A DNA stretch of 64,000 nt. Source: Nageia nagi (Eukaryota; Plantae; Pinophyta). The translations under genes were made by a program, and so were the position numbers. A model generated the notes under the pieces. It was not told the origin of the DNA. It saw only the letters and a program-made list of their open reading frames with translations, and ran no database searches. The DNA lies in contig JBITNC010000001.1 of NCBI GenBank assembly GCA_050084985.1, positions 68,758,001 through 68,822,000 of the forward strand, read 5' to 3'. Numbering within the stretch: position 1 is the stretch's first letter; the number at the start of each line of letters is the position of its first letter. This document shows, piece after piece, positions 37,028-49,700 of this stretch.

Positions 37028-38941
37028 TGTAGATTCCTACATTGAAATTCTTGAAATAGGGTCCGGGGTATTCTAATTATTATCCTAAGATCACCTAAAT
37101 GTCCCCGGAGCCATTCCGGAATAAATAAACAGCCGGAGTCAGTGAATAAAGCCCTCCGGAATGAAAAGAAGAGGTCGCGGAGAAAAGATAGTCATATTTT
37201 GGCGAAGACCGAATTCCGGAACAAGATGACGTCTGCAAGGAGTAACTTCGTATCCGGAGCCTTCGGGTAAAGCATTCCGGAAAAATAAGAAGGTGACATC
37301 AGCAAGGATGGACGAGGTTCACAATTGCAAAGGACTCCGGAGCCGGAGGAGATGACGCCAGCAAGTAGTGACTTAGTAGCCGGAGCCATAAAGGAAAACA
37401 TTCCGGAGGAAAGAAAGATGACGTCACAGGTGAAACGACGTTCGCATTTTGATGGAACCGGAGTCCGGAGATGACGAGTCATCAAAGGTAACTAGAAGGC
37501 CCGGAATCTGTGCATGGAGCATTCCGGACATATGAAGGCGATGTCACAGGTAGAACAGTGTTCATATCTTGCAGGAAATCAGACTCCGGAAGCAATGAAG
37601 TCTACACCGTCTTATCCGGAAGGCGAAGCGTTCCGGAGGTCCGGAAATGACGTCACATGGAAAGGCAAAGTCTACATCCGGAAGGGAAACCGGAGCCCGG
37701 AACAGATGACATCAGCAAAAAGAAGATTAGTATCCGGAACCAGCGAGCGAGAAATTCCGGAGATTCAAAGGTGAAGTCACAAGGAGATATAAAGTTTACA
37801 ATCATAAAGCAAACCGGAGCCCGGAATGGATGACATCATCAAGTAGTGACTTAGTGTCCGGAGCCAATGGAATGAAGAATTCCGGAGACTTGAAGCTGAC
37901 GTCAGGTGAAGGGGAAAAGATTAACATTTGGAATTAAGACCACGTCAAGAGGAAAACAGGCCCGCAACGAAAGATCAAAGAGTCAGAGTCGGAGAATTGA
38001 ACATCCCGGGAGAGAGAAGAGAAGTCTGCAAAATTCCAGAGCGCCATCATCAAGGGAATCGAATTATCAGCAATCTGCCCCATTTTGTAACAGTCGGCCA
38101 AGTGTCATATGTAGTTGATAGCAGTTCAAGAAGGCCGGAATCTTGCGGCCGTTTTTGTAAACGTTTCCGTTCTGTAACCTTGTAACTGTTGTTAATACAG
38201 TATAAATATATGAAAATAAAGAGAAACTAGGGTCGGAAGCCTAGTATTGCCCTTTTCATTTGTTCTCGAAGACCTGTAGCTTCAGTCCGGTACTATGAAA
38301 CCATCTTGACCTTTCTTGTCTAGCACTCGTAATTGTTATTCTTAATTTGGTTACATTGTGGCAGCTTAGCTTGTTTCCTGAGTAATAGTTGCGGGTTGCT
38401 AGTATAACTGTGTCTGCTACATGGTAGAGTAGAAGCTGGGGAGCTATTCAGAGAGTGAGGACTTGTTCTGTGGCTGCGACACTAGATTCAGGCCAAGGTT
38501 TCGCATACTGCGAAAGCCTGCGCTGAACTAGTGATCTACCCCTTTGCTTTCTCTCTCGTTACCCTATCCTTTTATCCCTTTCCTGTTACTCTATCCTTTT
38601 ATCCCTTTCCTGTTACTCTCATCCTTTTGCTTACATTCCTCGCACCCTGTCCTTTTTATTTCCTCTCTTGTTACCCTTACTCTTTTGCTTTAATCTCTCG
38701 CACTCTGTTCTTTTTATCTCTTTCCAGTTACTCTATCCTTTTATCCCTTTCCTGTTACTCTCATCCTTTTGCTTACATTCCTCGCACCCTGTCCTTTTTA
38801 TTTCTTTCCTGTTACTTTTCCTCTACCCAATGGATAAGGAACCGGCCTTCTCCGGAGATCAGGCTGCGTCCCACAGTCTGTTCGTGAACTACTTTGGTTA
38901 AGATTGTTACAGGCGCACATATTACACAATCTCAATCAACA
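37028..38941 (+). repeat. 3' LTR (1914 bp) of the young element
   Basis: Near-identical to 29601-31515; followed by TSD GGCCC. Confidence 0.97.
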
Positions 38942-41620
38942 GGCCCTTAATAAAATTACGATAAAAAATAAGTATCCACTCCCACTCATTGAGGATTGTT
39001 TTGATCGATTGGGTAAAGCTATGTACTTCTTGAAGCTTGATTTAAAGTAAGGTTATTACCAAGTACACATCGCATAGGGCGATGAAGAGAAAACAACCTG
39101 TGTGATGAGATATGGCTCTTTTGACTTTATGGTTATGCCATTTGGCTTGTGCAATGCCCTGGCAACATTTTGTACACTTATGAATGATGTGTTTTGACCT
39201 TATTTGGATAAGTTTTTCATGGTGTATCTGGATGACATATTGGTTTATAGCAAGTCCCTAGAGGATCATAAAACACATTTGGCATTGGTGTTTGACAAGC
39301 TCAGAGAGAACGAGCTTTACGTCAAAAGGGAAAAATGTGCCTTTGCACAAACTGAAGTGAGTTTCTTAGGACATGTCATCAATGGTGGAAAGATTTAGCC
39401 AAAAATGAAGAAATTGGATGCTATTCGAGATTGGGAGCCTTCGAAGGATGTCCATCAGCTCAGATAATTTTTGGTCTTAGCCAACTATTACAGAAAGTTT
39501 GTGTGTGGATATTCGAAGATAGCAGCTCCCCTCACTTAGTTGCTTAGAAAGCAGACAAGGTGGTTTTGGATAGCAAATTGGTAGCAGGCATTTGAGGAAT
39601 TGAAATGCAAACTTACAACATCACTAGTGTTAGCCTTGCCTAATTTTTCTAAGTCATTTGAAGTGCACATGGATGCCTCGGATTATGCCATCGGTGGGGT
39701 CTTGATCCAGGATGGACACCCCATAGCTTATGAATTGTGAAAGCTGAAAGATAAAGAGAGGAACTACCCCATGCATGACAAGGAAATGGTTGTAGTCTTA
39801 CACTATTTACATGTTTGGAGACACTCTCTTTTGGGCACTCCATTTGTGATCAAAATAGACAACATCTCCAACACTTATTTTAAGACATCTAGCAAGCTAA
39901 CGGGTAAGAAGGCACGATGGGCAGACTTCTTGGCCGAATATGATGCTGAATTTAGATACAACCCTGGCAAGAAGAATGTGGTAGCAGATGCCTTGAGCCA
40001 TAAAGTTCAACTAAAGGACCCTAATGAGGGCTCGTAGGAGCTCGCCTAAGCTCAAGTGGGGGAGAAACCACCCTGTGCCCTCACTGCAATGACAAATGGC
40101 TAGGAGGAGTTGGCCAAAGAGGATCAGCAGCCAAATCAACCATGTCAAGTTTAGCTTTCAGGGGATTTGGTTTTGAGAATCAGAGAGGGGATGGAAAAAG
40201 ACCCACAAGCCAGAGCCATGGTAGCCTTAGTAGATAAATTTGCAAATGTAAATCAGTTGACCAAGTTCAGAATCTATATGGGTTTATTGTTGTATGGAGC
40301 CAACAAGATCTATGTGCCGAAGTGGGATGACCTAAAAAAAGAGTAATGAAAGAGTGTCACGACTCACCTTGGGCTAGACACCCAAGAAGAGATAGGATGA
40401 TGGCTTTAATCTCTAGAGGATACTATTGGCCAAACATGTTCAAGGATGTGGAAAGCTATGTGAGAAGCTACCTATTGTGCCAACAAGATAAGAGTGAGAG
40501 AAAATGGCCAACAGGTTTACTTCAACCTCTCCCAATACCTATCAGACCGTGGTGAGTGTCAGCATGGACTTTATCACTAGCTTACCGAAGGTACAAGGAT
40601 ATACTAGCATTATGGTAGTGGTTGATAGATTCTCTAAGTATGCCACATTCATCCCGTGTAAGTATCCATGCGAAGCAGTAACGGTAGTCGAATACTTCTT
40701 CAAGCATGTTGTGAAATATTGGGGGATACCATTGAACATTATTTCGGAGAGGGATGCTCGATTCACTAGTAACTTTTGGTCAACATTATTTAGGATAATG
40801 GGTACAAAGCTATCTCTATCCACAAGTCACCATCCACAAACAGATGGGCAGACAGAGATAATAAATGGGATCCTAGAGGAATACTTGAGGCATTATGTGA
40901 CATCAGACGAAACAAATTGGCCCGACCTCCTGGACATTGCACAATTCAGCTACAATAGCCAGAAGTCAGCCTCAAGTAAATTCACTCCATTCAAACTTGA
41001 CATGGTAGGCAACCAATCACTCCCCACATGATGGTACCGGAATACTATAGCACTTTCCCATCAGCAACTTGGTACCTGGAGGATTAGAAGGAGAGAATAG
41101 ATGTTGCATGAGCATTTATACTACAAGCTCAGGAGAGAATGCAAAAAAATGCAGATCAGAGGAGATGGGAGTTGGAATTCAAGGTTGGAGACTTGTTTTT
41201 TTTGAGAATTCATGGATACCACTTCAAGCCTACACTGAGAACATCAAAGTCTCTCATGAGGAGATATGAGGTGCCATTCAGAGTGATTAAGCAAATTGGC
41301 AAAGTGGCGTATAAGATCCAGCTACCAATTCATTTGCACATACATGATGTTTTTTATGTCAGCCAATTTAGGCCATGTGTGGAAGATTTAGAAAACCCTG
41401 AGAGAATGGTTCCCACTGGCCCACCTGCTGGTATCATTGACAGACCATAGAATATGGTGAAAGAGATCAAGGGTGTTTGGATAAGGGGTTTTTGCAAGAT
41501 TAAGAAAATTGAGTACCTTATCGGATGGTAAGGTGAAACCATCAAAAATGCACATGGGAAAGAGTAGAAAGCTTATGGAACTTCGAGGACAAAATCCAAG
41601 AGTTCCTGGCTAAAGGCCAT
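38942..41620 (+). pseudogene. Chromovirus RT, RNase H, integrase and chromodomain pseudogene (continuation)
   Basis: Resumes at ALNKITIKNKYPLP; VYLDDILVYS; NVVADALS; ECHDSPWARHP..YYWP; SMDFITSLP..HPQTDGQTE; chromodomain-like EYLIGW..SLWNFEDKIQEF. Confidence 0.93.
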
Positions 41621-41725
41621 GAAAAATATTGGTGGCGTGACTAGCACCAATTTGTTGCCAGAGATCCATTCATCCCTTCAGGGTACATTGTTGATGAGGA
41701 CATCAACATTTTAAGTGGGGGAGAA

Positions 41726-42222
41726 TGTGAGAGGGTCGCCTCTCCCAGGGTGGTGAGTGTACATAGAGTGCAACCTCTAGTACACGGGGATCCATTCCAG
41801 GACTAGACTATCATGCTTTAGGAACCATGGCGGACAAGGTTGAGAGTCTATTCCTATGGTTGGATTGGGTGACATGGATGGGCGAATAAAGCTCAGGGGG
41901 ACCTTAGGGGTGATACTCATTTGAAGGTCGCTGGTTGGGTGGTGAGCACCAAGTACTCTAGTAACTATGACAAATCAATTTGATGCTCTAAGGGGTTGAA
42001 CCAGCTCTAGAGGTATGAGGCCTCGAGCAGTATGCAACTATGGACTTGATAGATACGATGGAGCTGACTAGCTATGCAGGATGGGCCATGAGAGGATACA
42101 TCTGGTAGTGGTGATTCCCATAAGTCTAATACCCAGGCTTTCAAACCGTATCGACTATGTCGATGCTGGGTGTTACCATCGGTGGCCATGCCCCAAGGGG
42201 TGGATCATCTGGTAGCATTTCA
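41726..42222 (+). repeat. 3' LTR of chromovirus
   Basis: Follows the PPT; followed by TSD TCATG. Confidence 0.95.
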
Positions 42223-45200
42223 TCATGTTCCTTTAATTACATATTTCTTGCTTGTATTTAATCTATCTCGAATGGGGATGGTGCCTTGCATATAGGTACT
42301 TGTCTTCCTCTCAGGTATTCTATCATTTTATGTTTCTCATCTTTTTGTTGTTTGAATCACTTCATCAGGAGTTGATACTTGAGCATATCCCTCTTTTCGT
42401 GGTCTTGCATCTTTGCATACTGTAGGGTAGGACCATACTCACCCAACTCCTAATCATCTTATGTCATTACATATTTGTTTACATATTTATCATTTTATTT
42501 ATCATAATTATTATTCATGTTATCATTTGGTATCAATCTCAATTTTCCTCTAACATTTACCATTGGACATTATCTCTTGAATCCCTGGTAGAGGAAGTAT
42601 GATCCTCCACATTATCTCTTATCATCTCATTCCATCCATGGTTCTTGATGAAGACATAACCATGGGGGTCATAGCTGCCTCATGTTACTTTTTGTCATTC
42701 CCTCGGGTTTGACCATAGGTTTTGATTATCATGGTTTTTAAGGGAAATTCTTATGTTGTAGATGACTTGAGACACGTTTTGACCTCCTTCAATGTCATCT
42801 CCCTTATCTTGTTTAGAATTTTTACTATTTTCATCATTTGTGTTTTTATGGCTTGTTGCCTTCTTTAGTCATGTTTTGTTGTTTTATCACTTTATTTATC
42901 ATCGATCTTCATGTTTGCAACTCTTGTTATGTCAATGTTATCTATTTTGATCATTTGTTGCTAGCCCTAAGATGCTGCATCGTTCTAGATGGCACCTCGA
43001 TGCACATGCATGCATACATGTTCATTCATATTTGATTTTCTAAAATTTTATCTTATGTGGTCTTTTATGTCATTTTAAGTCTCATCATGTAGTTTTGTCA
43101 CGTTTCATTCATTTTTGTCACGTTTCATTGTATGTTATTTTGTCAAAATTTAGTTTCATTTATCTTTCATAACCCAATCCAATGTTGATGATTTGATAAG
43201 TGGTTTATCTTATTCATTTCTCCTTCATTCCAAAATTTTTAAGCAGTTAATTTCATTCATTTTTGATCTCATCTCATTTATTTATTTCTAGCTTGAAGAT
43301 GGTCCTTCATGCTATGCGCTTGGTGAACCTGACATATCGACCTAGGTCACATTGTTATCCTAGTTTGTAAATTATTCATGTTTTGCCTCATTGCATCTTA
43401 TCATGTCATGCAATATCATTTTGATTCATTTTGAAACTATTTTATTATCCATTTTGGTTTAGGGATGAAGGTCCCAAAATTTGCCCCTTGTGAAAATTTG
43501 CTATTTGATTTTCCATTTTGGTGCATCAAATAATGTCTATTTTCAAATCGATCTATTTCTATTTATCCATTGATATAACATGATAAAAATTTCAAGTTGC
43601 ATAATTTGGTTTCATTATTTGATCACCTTTTGTGAGTCATCTTGAGGCTTACTCATAATTGTGCACTTTTAGTGAGCACTAAAGGGTTGTCACCCTAGTC
43701 CAAGTAGTCTTTTGTTTTGGTTTTGAAAATAGGTCAAACAACCTTCATTTTTTGAACTAGTTGATCCTACATTTGCATTGAACAATCATCTGCCATATCA
43801 TTGAGACAACTTTTCAAATCATCAACATGATCATTTGTTGTTATCAGTCGAATTTTGCAATTTTCTACTTTAGCAAATAGTGTCATCTTTGCTTTGTTTT
43901 AGTTTTGGTCCAATTTTGTTGCATTTTAGCAATGTTTTGATGACATTTATCATTGTGTTTTTTGTGACCTATGTTGGTCAAGCATATCATGGGAGTACTT
44001 TTGGCTCACTTATGTCTCATTTTATGTGTCACTTTGAAGTGAAAATTCATCAACATTTCAACTTGTTTCTCTTGCTTATTCATGTTGTTCTTCATCATTG
44101 TTTTTGATCTTTTGATTTGTTTTTATCTTTTTAAATGTTTCAATTATCATCTTTCATATATTTTTTATCATATTTATTAATCCCTTATGTGTTTATTTAT
44201 CATCTTACTCATTGTCATATTTTTTCACTTTATTGTTAATCTCTTTTGTGTCCATTCATTGTCTTGCTATTTGTCATTGTCTCTCATTTGTATTTGTATT
44301 TCATTTTATCATGTGTGTTCATTTATCCTTTGTGTGTTTTTAAGCATACAAGTTCATTCACCATCTGATGTGATTAACCATGTAAGTTCATTTTATGATC
44401 TTTCATGTTCATTTTAGGTTTATTAAATATGTCCTTTAATGTTCATTTTAGTTTGTCTCATGCATCCATTTTTCATATATGTACATGTCATTTTACAACA
44501 TTCACCATAACATCAAATTAAATGCATCCACATAAAATACATAAGCATATAATCTCATATAAAAATCATGTCACATACATAAAATATATGCATACATACA
44601 TCATGTGTCCATCCATAACAATGCATATATGTCAAAAAAATCATCATCTATATATCATGTCAAAAAAATGTTTGTACATCATAAAATCCTATATATACAT
44701 GCAAAAAAATATATATAAACCATGTGATCATGGGTACCTAACAAAAATCATCCTTATCTAGTAGCTCAACCCTATCTCAGAGAGCTAGGTGTATCACTTG
44801 AATACTCTACACTTCCTATTTCCTTGGGCCTTGATGGCTTGCCTGGTGCTTGTGGTACCTGAAAGACTTTGCTTATTAACCTTACCCTATTCAAGCTATT
44901 TCAACTTGGCTACTACACACTTTGCCCTATCATCATCATCTTGCTACATGAATGGCTACATTACTAACTACATTCACTAGACATCAACTTAACTATGATG
45001 ATCCTTGCTATCACCAACTGACTATGGAAGGCAAGTGCTCTCCCTCCCTCTTGCTACCACTAGTATACAACCATCTGGTAAGCTTGCTAGCTCACCATGA
45101 CCCTTATCATCTAAGTGGTTATCTCCACCCATATCTTGATTATCTATCCCTATACCTATGTCTCTATAGTCACCTCTATTTGAGTGCTCACCTCTAAGCT

Positions 45201-45749
45201 AGGTACTTGTATCCTAGCTATCATTGCCAACAACTACATCTATTGATGTCCCTCTATAATTACTACATCAAGATACACCTGTAGCATGACTACCTACATC
45301 TATAGAGCATCTCTTTGGCTAATAATTGTATCTCACTCTACTATAATGGCATCTCTTTGATAGAGAGTTGCATCCCTCTCCTTGAGTGAATGATCATGCT
45401 CTATAGTGATGGCTACCTCTTAGGCCTCCTCCTCACCCATTATCATGTCCAAGACTATGTCAAAAGTAGCCTGGTCCATGGGCTCATCATCACCCTCTGA
45501 ATCCATCCCTCATAGCACATATCCTATCACTACTTCTTCCCCTAGTACTGTAGGTGCTGTAACTACCCCTCCCTCTACCTATCTCTCTAGTGTTGGTGTT
45601 GGAGGTTATATTACCCTATTCATAACTAGTATCTCCATCTGGGGAGTGCACTAGGCATCATACTATGTTATTGTGCTAATGGTACCATCAAAACTACATC
45701 TAAAGCTACATTAGGCTCTGTATAGTGCCATTGAGGCACATCTCCTTAT

Positions 45750-46780
45750 GTCTCCACCCATCGGTACAACATTGGCTCTAGGGGGACATCCTACACCACC
45801 CTATGCTAATAAGTCACCCACTCATACCTATAGATCTTGATATCATGAGGTCTCTTCTTACAAATATTATGATATTGATGCACTCACATTAGCTACTCAT
45901 CATCATCTACCCAAGTAGGGCCTTCTTGCCATGGCTTGTAGAACACCTCCTCTGCCTATAGACTGGACCACATGTTGCGATGCTAAGTATACATGCACTC
46001 ATATGGTCACCTCTTTGGTGACTTATCATCCCTCACCCATTAGTGAGCATAGGGTAGCTCTCACCCTGGTAAATACACCTCTGGGTCAAACTCTATGATG
46101 TTGTTGGTATCTTGGTGCAAGCTATGGGGTTGTACCACTCACATGTGCTCCCATGCCTAGATTTGTATTAGTAGGGATCTTGTAATTCCTACTCACCCTC
46201 TATCCCTATCAACCATCTATCAGTATATCTATTGAAGGATCATCAATGCCCATGTGTAGATGACACCATCCTTAATAATGTCCATAGTAATGTCAAGTAG
46301 ATTCCAAGGGATCTTATTCCCATTGGTATCTAGTAGTAGGAAGGAGTTGATCATGATCATGATGATGGTATGTTGCATCTTCATGAAGCCTATCTTGTAG
46401 GTTACCACATAGTCAACCCCTTTGTGTCCTATGCTAATGGCCTCCCAACCATCACCAAACACCCTCTTCATCAGTTGCTCCTGATACAATACTATCATTA
46501 ACATCTTACCCTCAATAAGCACTTTGTATATTCTATACACCTCCTCAAGTGTGATAATCATCTTACCCATAGAGAAGTGAAAGGTGTTGCATTGACTTTG
46601 TTAACACTCCACCAGTATGTAGATATAGGCACAGTTAATCTTGATCATTTTAAGTCATGTGGCTCCCACAAAGCCAACTACCTTGAGCTAGATACAATCA
46701 TCATCATCATGTGCCTTGCATAGATCCTTCAAGATAGGCCCAAATTTGTGCCAAGTTTTCACTTGGCACCAATTCAATGC
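45750..46780 (-). pseudogene. Plant Mobile Domain (PMD)-like antisense ORF remnant of the Tat/Ogre element
   Basis: NTFHFSMGKMIITLEEVYRI..YTWALMILQ matches the PMD signature TFHxxxGExTITLEDV...YxW; lies in the element's 3' region. Confidence 0.7.
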
Positions 46781-49700
46781 AAGTCCTATGTCAATCTTTT
46801 GTCATACATGATAATCACCTATTTTTGTTAAGTCAATCCTCTCTATTCTAAGTTAGTGGTTTTGTCTATGTTTTCCTAGTCTTTTGAGTCCTAACTAATT
46901 ATTCCTATGAGCTTTCTAGTTCATTTGTGTATTTTTGTGCATTATCTAGCCTATTTTATTATTTTTCCCTAACCAACCTGTTGTGGGTCAGCTAGTTTAA
47001 ACCTAATCAATCCTTTGAAATTTGGATAGCTAACTTGTCCCTTGAAAATTAGTTGGCTAACTAGTTGGATGATTGACTAGCTAGCCACTCGATCCTAACT
47101 ATTGTTAGCTAGTTGCTAACCAGTTGACTCCTAATCGATCCCCAAATTAGGATCAATTCAAAGCTAATCTATTAGTAGAGCCAAAGTGTAGGTTTAAAAC
47201 CCCATTCATGGGCCAATAAAAACATGTTAAAATATCATTTTATGAGGCCTAAGTCAAAAATCTAATCTACCAAGTTTATTGTTTATCTTATCATGGTTAT
47301 TTTAGTTCTAGGTTTGTTAGTTTTTATTTGCTAATTTTGTTTTATAGTGATGCCCTAATTTTGGGCTTCTCTTATGGTCTTCTATGTTTTGTGTGAGTTT
47401 TAATAATAAAAAATGAAAATAAAGTTCATTTTACTCATTAACATACATGTTATCTAGGATCCTATAATTTCATAATTCAAAATGGGTGAGTTTTAAGTAA
47501 CTTATCCACTTGTGCAGGTAGTCACCTCCACCTCCAGGTGGGTGTGTGGTGGGTCCTATCCTATTCTTGCTACAATGACCATATTGCCTAGTCAACTCCT
47601 AGTTAATCTGGTGTCTTTAGGAACGAAAAATTCTTTAGGTATCAAAGCTCCATTCTCATGAAGATAGGTGTGCAAATGACCAATTTGATCAAAACTTATT
47701 CATTTTTAATCCATATACCTATTAGCCAACCTATCAGTTAGTCAATTGATGCACTAATTAGTTGTAATTGATTCTAAGCTGATTAGTTACCTATAATTGG
47801 TTCTAATTTGATTAATTACCTATAAATGGCCTAAATTAGATAGGTTAGATGTAACCAACCTAAAGTGGACTAGTTCTAATCTAATCAATAGTATTTTGTT
47901 ATAATTTTTGAGCCTATCAACATTTTATTTTGGTTCATTGATCAGGTAGATGATTGGGTCCTATCAAAGGACACTCCATATCCCCACTTAGGGGGGATAT
48001 CCTCCTTCTCTTCATTCATGATCTAGTCATGTATTTCATCAAGTGACCATGTCTTGTGTCATTTTGGTTCATCCTGGTTAGCATGTATTTAGTTGGGTTC
48101 TTATACCTTAGGTCATTCATCTTGGTAGGCTTTCTTGGTTTTCTCATTACAAATGAGGAATCTAAGAAGCATTTTTTCTTATTTCATCATTGTTATCTTA
48201 TTGTTTCTTACACCATTTTATTTTGGGAAAGACATTTTGAACCTAAGAAATCTTTCATCCTTCATTATTTTTTCTTATACATGATCAAAAATCATGTTAT
48301 CTTATCAAGCATCCCCATGAGTGTAATTAAATTTTACAAATCTGAGCATGTGAATCTTTGTGTGAGCATCAGTTGTATGTTCAATAGGTCTACGTACCTA
48401 TAGTCATCCTCCCTTGATATATTAGGGCAAAGTAGGAATCTTTTATTTTCATTGTTAAACTTCATGTTTTGTTTCATTAAAAAAATAAAAATAAAAAATA
48501 ACTCATTTTGTGTATAGCAAATATTTCTTTATATTTCATGTCTTTTATGGTCATACATCAGTATGATGATGAATGTGTACATTCATCCATCTATGGTGTT
48601 ACATTCATGATTTGGTGTTACGAAACACCTTGTTTAGTCCTATGAACTATTGTTCCTCTCTATAATCCTATGTCAGGTGTCCATGTAGGATTTCCTCAAC
48701 CTCAAGACCTACAAATTACCTTGATTGAACTTGAAATGGTTTAATCCTATCCATCACTTCCTCTACCCCCAAGGCATCTAGCATTGCCCTAGAAATTGAA
48801 TCCTATGGTGAAGGAAATTCTTACTACATGAGTGCTCTTCTCCTCCACCTCTCTCTTTCTTATCAAACCTTACTATGAACATTGCTAGCCTCCTATTGTA
48901 TCTTCTTTATCAATTATTTTTTCTCCTTCTCCTTTTTTACCTTTTTTGCCAATAGTTCATTCTGCTTTGCCATTAGTTCATTCTAGGAATGCACATAGAC
49001 CACCTTGCTTCATCAAAATATCTTGCAATGATTTTCCATTATCATGATCTTTGTCTTCATCCTAGTGAGTTCCTCTCAAAGGTGGGCATTCTCAATGCCT
49101 ATCGACATCTCTATCTCTTCATTGATGTTCATGGGAGTACTTCCCATGTTTGCACCCTCATCATTTGTTGTTCCTTCAACATGGGTTTCCTCTTACTTGG
49201 AATCCATGTCTGTTCAATCTATCTATCCTTCTATCCTAGTTCTGTCCATCCCATTTAATAAGCTATGATAAACATGAAAGATTGTATAGTGTATCCATCC
49301 TGATTCAATCTTGTCCATCATGTAATTACCATGGATCTATCCTTTATCATATCCTATCTATCCACAATGTAACCATGCATCCTCCCCTCATTAAGTTTCA
49401 CATGCCCACTTGTATCACCACACATTTTTCCCTCATCATGTTCTTTATGCATCCCCATTATTGTTATCATCATTATTTACATCACATGTCCATTATCTAT
49501 CCCCTTTAGTCCTTACTAGCCCATACCGTGTCATTACTTTTTCATCCTTTCTTTTTGACCATTAAAACCATAGCTATTTGAATATGCATGTGAGTATGAG
49601 GTTCCTATCCTCATGAATCCTTCATCTCAACCATTCATCTTCATGTTCCCCCATTATCACCATCATTATCATTTAGTCATTCCATGTCCCTTAGGTAGCA

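Larger units (their letters stand above)
29601..38941 (+). mobile_element. Very young non-autonomous Gypsy (Tat-like) LTR element with gag and a large accessory ORF but no pol
   Basis: LTRs 29601-31515 and 37028-38941 (TGTAGA..CAACA) are near-identical; perfect TSD GGCCC (29596-29600 / 38942-38946); PBS TGGCACGCCCGGTGGGAC; two intact ORFs; no PR, RT, RH or INT motifs. Confidence 0.96.
26193..42222 (+). mobile_element. Ty3/Gypsy chromovirus (Galadriel-like), degenerate, split by the young insertion
   Basis: 497 bp LTRs 26193-26689 and 41726-42222 (TG..CA, roughly 10% diverged by eye); TSD TCATG; PBS TGGTATCAGAGCC at 26692; PPT AAGTGGGGGAGAA 41713-41725; gag-PR-RT-RH-INT-chromodomain remnants. 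Confidence 0.95.

Noticed and set aside
42800-45700. Many short hydrophobic or His-rich ORFs on the + strand
   Set aside because: Compositional artefacts of T-rich, CpG-decayed retroelement 3' sequence
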